Positions 15,537 through 24,300 of a DNA stretch of 26,551 nucleotides are shown piece by piece. The translations under genes were made by a program, and so were the position numbers. The notes under the pieces were generated by a model. That model did no database searches, was not told where the DNA came from, and worked only from the letters and a program-made list of their open reading frames with translations. The stretch's first letter is position 1; every line of letters begins with the position of its first letter. Origin of the DNA: a virus (Duplodnaviria; Caudoviricetes); the IMG/VR virus record IMGVR_UViG_3300032247_000631, positions 1 through 26,551 of that record; one strand, given 5' to 3'.

Positions 15537-15858
15537 AGATTTTAATTTGGAACTTCACAAAAAACTTGAGAAGATTGATCAAGGTCGCACACTTAATAGC
15601 GTCACTAAGCCACGAGGAAGACCACGCAAGGTGGTTGAGGCTGTGGTTGCCGACTTGGTAAATCATCCAGCACATTACAAATCGCACCCGTCTAATGTCG
15701 AGTGCATTCAAATAACAGAACACATGAACTTCTGTTTGGGTAACGCCGTCAAATATATTTGGAGAGCGGGACTTAAATCAAACAGTAAGGTAGAAGACTT
15801 GCGTAAGGCACGGTGGTACATCGACCGTGAGATTCAAAAAGAAATCTCCGGCAAGTAA
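15529..15858 (+). CDS. DUF3310 (SaV / T7 gp1.7-like) protein with N-terminal AT-hook
   Basis: DLVNHPAHY..ECI...FCLGNAVKYIWRAG.K...EDLRKARWYI; KPRGRPRK. Confidence 0.9.
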   Translation: MLKDFNLELHKKLEKIDQGRTLNSVTKPRGRPRKVVEAVVADLVNHPAHYKSHPSNVECIQITEHMNFCLGNAVKYIWRAGLKSNSKVEDLRKARWYIDREIQKEISGK

Positions 15859-16037
15859 TGGACAGAGCCACAGGGTGGCGCAAGCGCCAAATACAAAGAG
15901 AGTGGATTGGCTTGACTCCCGATGAGCGGGAGATGCTCAAGTTCCAGTGCATCAATCAGAAGTCATGGACTCTTGATCTCGATGAAGATGCTTTTGCTGA
16001 AGCAATCGAAGAGAAACTCAAGGAGAAGAACACATGA
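15858..16037 (+). CDS. small hypothetical protein (59 aa, below ORF-track cutoff)
   Basis: TAATG overlap; MDRATGWRKRQIQREWIGLTPDE...FAEAIEEKLKEKNT*. Confidence 0.75.
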   Translation: MDRATGWRKRQIQREWIGLTPDEREMLKFQCINQKSWTLDLDEDAFAEAIEEKLKEKNT

Positions 16038-16222
16038 CACCAAAATTCACACAACTACTTGAGCAATGCATCCTTGACGGAGTTATTCTTGGACACAAAA
16101 GAGCCTACAAACACAACGATGCACCAAGTGAATCAGATATTAACCAATCAATCGTGAATGAAGTGCTTACCGAAATACATGAGTGGTTTGATTTTGAGGA
16201 TACAAACGAGAAGAACACATGA
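16034..16222 (+). CDS. small hypothetical protein
   Basis: ATGA overlaps at both ends; ends NEKNT. Confidence 0.75.
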   Translation: MTPKFTQLLEQCILDGVILGHKRAYKHNDAPSESDINQSIVNEVLTEIHEWFDFEDTNEKNT

Positions 16223-16629
16223 CACTAGATGAAATCATTAAGATGGCTAGACAGGCTGGGTTTGACTGGTCTGGCAAAGATTTAACTTTTGAATGTTTTA
16301 TTTGCACCGAAGAATTGGAAGCCTTTGCCAAACTGGTAGCAGAGAAAGAGCGTGAGGTGGTGGCTAACTGGATTATGGATAGAGGTTTTGCTACTGGTCA
16401 TGGAGATTCTATTGTTGATTTGCTTGACCAACTTGAATGGCAAATAGCAGAGAAAGAGCGTGAGCGATTAACTGATGCCGCAATGAAAGCGGCTGAGAAA
16501 GCAGTTGATGTAGCAGTTGCTCTTGAGCGTGAGGCGTGTGCAAAGGTGTGTGAAGAATACGACAACGGCAGACACGCTAATGCCGCTGACTTGTGCGCCG
16601 AAGCCATCCGAGCAAGGGGACAAGCATGA
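16219..16629 (+). CDS. mosaic hypothetical protein with (A/L)E(K)ERE repeats
   Basis: MTLDEII.MARQAG...LEAFAKLVAEKERE...AEKERE...EREACAKVCE...AIRARGQA. Confidence 0.8.
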   Translation: MTLDEIIKMARQAGFDWSGKDLTFECFICTEELEAFAKLVAEKEREVVANWIMDRGFATGHGDSIVDLLDQLEWQIAEKERERLTDAAMKAAEKAVDVAVALEREACAKVCEEYDNGRHANAADLCAEAIRARGQA

Positions 16630-16736
16630 TGGAAACCATCATCAATATATGCGTTCTTGTGCTGGCTCTGATTGGAGTCTTAACTATTATTGGCGTGTTT
16701 GTGTTGGGTTTGTTGATGTTTTTAGAAGAAAAATAA
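16626..16736 (+). CDS. 36-aa single-pass membrane peptide
   Basis: ATGA overlap; MMETIINICVLVLALIGVLTIIGVFVLGLLMFLEEK*. Confidence 0.6.
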   Translation: MMETIINICVLVLALIGVLTIIGVFVLGLLMFLEEK

Positions 16737-16742
16737 TACGGC

Positions 16743-16772
16743 TTGACTTGCGTACTGCTTATAAGTTACAAT
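16743..16772 (+). promoter_or_regulatory. integrase promoter with operator-like site
   Basis: TTGACT-18-TACAAT. TTGCGTACTGCT (16748-16759) matches the CI-flanking motif at 11/12. Confidence 0.6.
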
Positions 16773-16818
16773 AATTATGCGGTACTCGACGTAAGTTGCT
16801 ACAGAGGAAGGAATAGAT

Positions 16819-17880
16819 ATGGCAATCTACAAACGAGTTGATACATGGTGGTATCGCTTTACTGTGAATGGTGTACGTTACAGAGGCTCATGCTTCACGG
16901 CAAACGAAAAGGCGGCGCAAGAGTACCACGATGACTTGAAGTCTCAGGTCTGGCGGGGAAAGCATCTCAAACGAGACGAGCGACGCACTTGGGCGGAAGC
17001 CTTGAATCGGTGGCTTGACGAACACGAACACAAGCGAACCCACTTGGGAGATGTAAGTTTTGGTCAGTGGTGGACGACTCGGTTTACCGAGCGCAAGATC
17101 AAGTTCCTAGATGAGATCACACCTGATGTCGTCAAGGCAATACGAGACAAAGAAATCAAAAGACCAAGGCAGAGGAACGGTAAGCCTATTGCGCCAGCCA
17201 CAGTCAATCGTAAGATTGCACTCCTTAGAGCGGTCATCAATGCCGCCGCAAGAGAGTATCAATGGTTGGAGACTGCGCCACTATTCCGATGTCTCCCAGA
17301 GAAGAATGAACGAGTCAGGTTCATCACGCCAACAGAAGTCCACCGACTCCTTGCGGCTCTTGAAGAACCTTATCGTTCAATGGCGAGGTTGGCGGTTGGT
17401 ACTGGGTTGCGACAAGGCAATGTTTTGAATTTAACTTGGGAACAAGTGGACTTCCAAAACAGAGTTCTTAGTTTCCCAGACAAGGTGATGAAAAATAATC
17501 TTCCCCTTGTCATACCAATCAACCAAACAGCGATGGAAGCGATACGTCCGTGGGTGGGCAAACATGAGAAGTATGTGTTTGTCCGAAGTGATGGGACTAA
17601 CGTGCGGCAAGTTTGCTCGAAGATGTGGAAGGCGGTCTTGAAAGAGGCTGGCATTACCAACTTCAAATGGCATGACTTACGTCATACATGGGCAAGCCTG
17701 ATGCGTCAGTCGGGTATGGGTTTAGATGTGATTCAAGAGTTGGGTGGCTGGCAAGATTCAAACATTGTTAAGCGCTACGCCCACTTGTCAGTTGATCATT
17801 TAAGCCAGCACTCGGGAGTGCTAGATGGGGTGTTAAAAACACCTTTGGCACAAATCAGACACATTGCTGTTGCAAGTTAG
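16819..17880 (+). CDS. int: tyrosine recombinase / phage integrase
   Basis: N-terminal arm-binding (IYKR..WWYRF..NG.R.R.S); catalytic GLR, K, HDLRH, LGGW, RYAH. Confidence 0.97.
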   Translation: MAIYKRVDTWWYRFTVNGVRYRGSCFTANEKAAQEYHDDLKSQVWRGKHLKRDERRTWAEALNRWLDEHEHKRTHLGDVSFGQWWTTRFTERKIKFLDEITPDVVKAIRDKEIKRPRQRNGKPIAPATVNRKIALLRAVINAAAREYQWLETAPLFRCLPEKNERVRFITPTEVHRLLAALEEPYRSMARLAVGTGLRQGNVLNLTWEQVDFQNRVLSFPDKVMKNNLPLVIPINQTAMEAIRPWVGKHEKYVFVRSDGTNVRQVCSKMWKAVLKEAGITNFKWHDLRHTWASLMRQSGMGLDVIQELGGWQDSNIVKRYAHLSVDHLSQHSGVLDGVLKTPLAQIRHIAVAS

Positions 17881-18094
17881 TAGTTGTTAACTGGCAATCA
17901 CTGGTATTTCTGGTGGGACGAGCGAGATTCGAACTCGCGACCAACGGATTAAAAGTGGTAAAGTTATACAGAAGTTATTGCAAGTTATGTTGCTCAATGT
18001 TGAGTTAAATCAACAACTTACTTGTCGAGACCGCACTCTCATAAACAGTAATACGGAGTTGTGTTTAGATACGTTCTGGCACAAATCTGACACA
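17846..18094. mobile_element. attP region
   Basis: Core = 3' half of tRNA-Lys. Arm repeats TGGCACAAATC(A/T)GACACA at 17846-17863 and 18077-18094; AAGTTAT x3 at 17961/17972/17982; IHF consensus AATCAACAACTTA 18008-18020. Confidence 0.9.
17911..17956 (-). repeat. att core: tRNA-Lys(TTT) 3' fragment
   Basis: ACTTTTAATCCGTTGGTCGCGAGTTCGAATCTCGCTCGTCCCACCA = anticodon loop through T-arm and CCA; 5' half absent. Confidence 0.92.
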
Positions 18095-18104
18095 AGGAAA
18101 CATC

Positions 18105-18314
18105 ATGGATGACGCTACAAAGAAAAGAATCGAAGACCTTGAGGATGCCCTCTTGATCACAACTAGACAGTACCAGACTGAGGTCGGAGAACCTCGCCGG
18201 ATGCTCTTGCAGATCAAGGAACTGATGGGCAAGTTTGACTGGGAAGCAGTCGAAGAGCCGCCCGAGTTGCGCCAAGTATTGGCGCTCGTCGATAAGGCGG
18301 CTAGTCGGTTTTAA
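18105..18314 (+). CDS. hypothetical protein
   Basis: AAGGA RBS; convergent with and abutting the giant ORF. Confidence 0.65.
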   Translation: MDDATKKRIEDLEDALLITTRQYQTEVGEPRRMLLQIKELMGKFDWEAVEEPPELRQVLALVDKAASRF

Positions 18315-21300
18315 TTCCCAGAAACCAGCCTGTCTCGGAACCCAGCCTGAATAAAGCGCTGGGTTGCCAACTTGTACAAGGTCTTGGTGTTGGCTTTCAG
18401 TTGGTTCTGAGCCGCCACCAGTTCCGCTTCCCGCTCTGGGGTGATCGTGCCGTTCAAGCGCATCACCTCAGTATGGCGCTCAAAGGTGTTGAACTGAGAG
18501 GACTGCGCCCTTAGGTTCTTGTCCACAATCTGGATTGCTTCCCAAGAAGACGCAACATTCGGGAACCTCTTGTTTAACTCGGCTTTTCTGGGGGAGTTGT
18601 CGGGAGTGTTCTTCATCTCGTTGATGACCTCACCCATTTCGTCCTTGACCTTTCGGAATGTCTCAGCGTCCTTCATCTCAGGAACATAGGCAGAGAATCG
18701 GTCAAACAACGGCTCCTTCTCACGACCCACATCTAAGCCTTTGGCTTGCCTTGCGGCAGTGCTTGCCAACTTGTACGTCTCGTTGATAGTTCCCGGCAAG
18801 TACGAACCAACGATGTGATCAATCAATGCTGGGTTTATGTCCACGCCCTCACGGGTAAATGGATTGCCACCTGTCAGTGCGTGAATCTTATCTGTCGTCC
18901 ACTTGGATATTGGGCTGACCGATCTGAATGCCTTCTGGGTATCAGGCACAGGGGTTTTGTTGTAGTCATCAGACTTGTAGATTGGAGAGCCGTGCCTGTT
19001 CTCATTGAGCATCCACTCAATTACGGGTAAGATAAAGGTAGGAGCGACTGTCTTGGCGACGGCAACTGCTGGGGTGGATGCGTCAGCAATCGACCCGCCA
19101 ACAGGCGAAAAAGCCTCAAACCAAGTAGCGGCAATCCGCTTGGCAGTCACGCTCCAAGGAACTCCATACATCAAACTGTCCATTGGGAAGTAGCCCATGG
19201 CATACAAAGCGTTCCAACCATAAGGCAAGGGGATAGCCTCACCTCTCTTGTCTGCACGGATAACGATGGATGTTCCCCGCTTATAGACTGGAAGTTTGTC
19301 AATCTTGTTGATGCCATCGTCATCGTCTCCGGACAAGGCACGACCCAGCATATTCATCATCATGCCGAACGTCATCCAAGCGCCAGCCAATGCCGCAAAC
19401 TTGCCCTTGTTGTTGTACATCAACTTGATCATTCCGGCAGTACCCTGTACCGCTGGATTAAAGAACAAATACAACTGGCGGAGTTCCTTGCCAGAACCCC
19501 TCATGTTGAAGTTGACCGTAATCTCGCCAGCCAATACCGCCGCATCTGGCTTACTCATGTTCCCAAAGCGTGGGTCTCTTGCCACTTTATAGGTAGCAAC
19601 CCTAGGAGCCATCTCCAAAGGCAAGATCACCAACTCTAGGAACTTCAAGAGACCTTTGATCTTGACGATTGGAACCTCGATTCCTTTCGGTCCATTGATG
19701 GCTCGTTCTATGTCAATGATCTGATCTTCTAGGTTGTTCCTGTTGATGAATGAAGTTAAACCACCTTCCTTCTTCGCCTCGAGATAAGCGGCATACATCT
19801 CTCTACTTGGCTTTCTCATGCCAACGAATGCAAGCAATCCGTTCTTTGCCTTCTGCCCAGCGGGAGTCTTGACGTTGATGTCATTGATTGCGGCGAACAA
19901 GGTTACGTGCATTGCCGCTGGCAAAGCCTTGATCATTGCGTTAGCAGAACCCTTGCTTAACTTGCCGTTGGCTACGGCGTTGTTGTACATGGTCTGAATA
20001 TCACGCACGAAGTTAACTGGAACCCACAAGGCGTTCCAAGTAGTCATCATTGCGCCCATTGTTCGGTTGAACATTCCACTCAAGGACAGGAGGGGCGATG
20101 CTTCTGGCGGATACACCATGCCATGCAATGCTTCGGCTACCGAGCCAGTGCCTGATTCCTTGAACCGGATAGTGACAGGGATGCCGCCGACCTTAGCAAC
20201 CATCACATCTTTTTTGTTGATGTAGAGCGGGTCTTCGACCAACTGGACAAATCCATCAGAGCCAATCTTCTGAACTTTTGCTTGCTCGTTGATCGAGACA
20301 AACGATGGGTCGTAGTTGGTTTCCAGCAAAGCCAAAACCTTCTGAGCAACTAAGTTCTTTTGACCACGTATTAAGGAAGCCTCGAATCCAACCAGTGTTC
20401 TGGCAAGTACATCGGGCGCAATGTCTCCACGACCTAATGCTCGTTTGTCTTTGCCCTTGACGTTGAACTTCTTACCAACATTAACGCTTGGGTCTGAACT
20501 TGAGTCAGCATCCAAGTCTTCGTTGATACCGGAAAGATTACGATAGTGCTTGTATGCCGCCTTACGTCTAGCGCCTTCATCCGCCTTGATCAATCCTGTG
20601 CTGACCTCGTAGTCCACCTTGGCATCACCCATCTTGTCGAGCAACTTACCAATTTCATAGAGTTGATCACGGAAAGGCGCATCCTCCACACGCTCAAGGA
20701 TGTCGAGATATCCGGGGATTACCGAGCCATCGATCTTGGTTCTGGTACGAGGAGCCATACCTGAGCCGTAAGGATTCTTAGGGCTAACTTGCAGTACGGC
20801 TTTGTTTCGCTCCTCAGCAGTCTGAGCCACTAAGAACTGATTGACGATCTCCTCAGATGCGCCATTCTTTCTGGCTTCCTCAAGAAGGTTGTTGATTGGC
20901 GTGACATATTTCTTCTGGAAGTTTTCCAGCATGACTCCAGTCTTGCGCTCATAAAGAGTCAAGGCTGTCTTCAAATCAAAGTCACCCAGTCTGCCTTGTT
21001 GCTTCAGATGGTCAATCAATCTAAAGACAGGAAGGTACTCGTTCTGACCATACTGCCATGCCCTCAGAAGCCACTGCTTCATGTTGCTCTCGTCAGAGAA
21101 CCTTGGGATTTCAACAAAGTCAGATGGAATCTTGTCGTCAACATAGAAGCCGGAGCGTCTGCGACGTTCCATCTTGCCGTACTTCTGCATGACGGCAAGC
21201 ACATCCTCATAGTTATCGTAGACCTGAGAAGAGTAGTTGTTCCGGATGTCCCCTTGAGGAGCCGTAAACACATACCAATCATTTGTGATTGGATTAAATC

Positions 21301-24300
21301 GTGCGTAGGCGTGGAGGGTCTTGCCACGCATGGAGAAGATTTCGTATGGCAGATAGGCTTCGTTCAAACGAATCACATCTGGTGCGCCATTGAATGCTTG
21401 GTAGTCAGCGTTCTTTGCCCACTCACGGCTGGCGGATAAGACGTAGGACAACTCAGCGTTGCTCACGTATCCAAGCCAGTCAGCCACACGGGTAAAGCCC
21501 AACTTACGTAGACCAAACAGAACCTTACCAACATAGGCTTTGACTGCGCTAGGCGCTTGGTCAATCGTGTTGGCATCTGCCAGTACTTCTTCTGTCGCCT
21601 CAAGTCTGCCCATGCCATCTTTGACTTTGCTATCTACAAGCCTGCGAATGGTGGAGTTTGTCTTGTAGGTGGATTCAAGGAAAGCATCAAACTGCTTACC
21701 TAGGAAGCCACGCATACCCAAGTGACCATAAGCCTCGTGGAATAGAGTGAACTCGGTGTCGTCCTTGCTGACGATATAGTCAGAGAATAGGTAAATGTTT
21801 CCGGTGCTTCCGTCAAAGAAGCCCTTGGCTCCCATACCGTTAGATAAGCCAGCCAACTTGTCCATTACCCTTGAGCGCAGAGGCTCAGGGAGTTGACGTG
21901 GATTCGCCACGACTTGGACATTAGGAGCAATCTCCCAGTTTTTGGTCAGATCATGCACCCAGACATCTACGCTAGCGGCGGATACCACGCCCGAGAATGC
22001 GCCTTGGCGGAGTCTATCAGTGCCGTAGTCGTCACTGTAGTTCTCGTCATTGAATAGAAGATTGCCATCAATGTTTTCGGTAAGGTCAGCACTGTTACTG
22101 CCGCCGTCCTCAATGTCAGCAACATTGAAGTCCTTGCGGAAACTGCGCTTGCCAGCCGCATTCTCAAACGACTCTATAGCCATCTCTGAATTCATGTCAT
22201 CGATGGTTGTGGATGACAGCAAATCAGTTTGCATCACTGTTGCCACATGGTCAGCCATGACATTAGTTACGCTAGTCTCGCCCAGCATTCGCTTGGACAA
22301 TCCAATAGCGTTGTCAATGATGGCTTGCGCCTCATTCATATCGGCAAGTGTTAGGGCTGTGTAAAACTCTTCGTACTGCTGAGATGTGATGCCACCCATT
22401 TCTTGCAGAGTACCCAGTACTCCACGTAAGGATGACTCTTTATCTCTGCGGATAGAGTCTTCAACACGGCGCTGAACTTCTTGCATCCACTCAGCATGAG
22501 CAATAGCGTCTTGACCTTTAACCTTTGCGTTCTCGTTTGAGTTGAACGATAGGATTTCACCCTGTAAATCAGGGTAATGGCGCATAGCGTATTCAATATC
22601 CCGATGCCACTCACGAACTAACTGGTCTAAACCAATCCGCTTGAGTAAGGCTTGGTCTTTTTCTGGCAATGAACTTGGGTTCTTGAGTTGGTCAAGCGTG
22701 TACTTGGAAAACAGGAACTTATCAAGAACTGCCACATCTGCGTCAGTCACTACACCAACAGCATTCCTACGGGAGTTGAGTCCTTTGACCTCTTTGAGCC
22801 AACTCTGGTACTCAGCCTCTTCCTCAGGCTCAAGTGTCAGCACATCTTTGTAGTCAGGGTTTTTACCCAGTTTGACTTTGGAATTGTGGTAACTGGTGAG
22901 CCACTGGTCTTTGGCTTCATAGCCACCACCATTCTTCTTGACCCAGTATTCCAGCGTGTAGTTGAGCGCAACATTAGAGAATACGCCGTAGAAGTCTGCT
23001 GGCAAATCACGATTTGCTTTGTTGAAAACCTCTTTGACATCGCTTAATTTGAAGTCGCCATCTTGGATAGAGAGTCTGATTTCGTTGAGAGCATCTTTCT
23101 CGGTAATCCGTCCAGCCTTAATGTCTTCAACAAGACCTTCGATCGAAGTCTTGGCATCAAGCGGAGTGTTCTGAATGATGTCTTGGATTTGCTGAGACGG
23201 TTGGGTCTCTTCACGTCCTTGCGCCCATGCTGGCGGTTTGCCACCAAACAACTGCTCAAGGGTAGGCGCATAGCGTGAGCCACCCGAGACACGATTCATC
23301 TTGTCTGCTCTGGCTTCTTTCTCGCCTTCAGACATTTCCTTGTTTTCTTTGCGGGACTCTTTGGATGCGCTGATAGTTTCGTATGGGGTGTAGCCGATGC
23401 CCACAATGAAACTTCTCATGGCATCGTTGTATGCCTCATTGACCTCATTCATTGGAACGCCAGAGTTCATCGCCTCTGCTTTGGCGTTGTAGAGGTTGCT
23501 GGCAATCAAGTCTGCCGCAAGGTTGTATCGCTTGGCAAGAGACTCAATGCGAGTATCCATCGCCTCACGGATGTCAGAGTCCAGATCACGAGCCATTTGC
23601 ATCAGCATCTGTTTGGATGTTTTGGTTACATCCTGTGCAATGCTTGGATCAAACTCTGTCAGTGTTCCAGCCTGTGACTTGAAATCAATATCGCCGGGTT
23701 CCGGCTTGTTATTGATAGCACGATAGATCATGTCAAGCCTAGCCCTGTACTCTTGGATTAGAGTTTTATAGGTATCAGGCTCGTACATTCCATTGACGAT
23801 GCGGTTCAGTTCAGCCTTGAACTTCTCACCCTCTGGACTCATGCGAGGAGGGCGATTGGCTTCAGCCTCTTCACGCTTGGCTTTGTATTCGTTATACAAA
23901 GACTTCACATCAGCCAAAGATGTCTGATCTAAAAGAGCATTAAGGAAAGCCTTTTGCTTGACGGTCAACCCCTCAGACAATGATGCTGGTCTGGTCATCA
24001 GATCAGACAGAGTTAGTTCACGATTCTCGTTGAGCGCATCACGGACGATCTGATTGATAGCACCACGGTAGAAATCAATCGTCGTGTACTTGCCAAGGAA
24101 CGACCTATCCTTGGTGTTCTTACGTGCGTTAGACGCAACATACTTTTGAACCAAACTGTTAAGGTTTGAATCAGGGTTATCTGCAACAAATGAAACTAAG
24201 AAGTTTTTAAACTCGTTCTTTGCATCACTGCGATCTTTCTCCAAAGATCGGTTGTCTTTCTCGATCTCTTTAATTCTGCTAGTCAGCCTGTCAACTAGAC

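Noticed and set aside
16023-16464. Diversity-generating retroelement TR/VR pair
   Set aside because: Repeats are only 18-20 bp and identical, with no adenine-specific mismatches and no reverse transcriptase.
17911-17990. Complete tRNA-Lys gene
   Set aside because: Only anticodon loop to CCA is present; upstream sequence cannot form the D-arm or 5' stems, so it is an att core.
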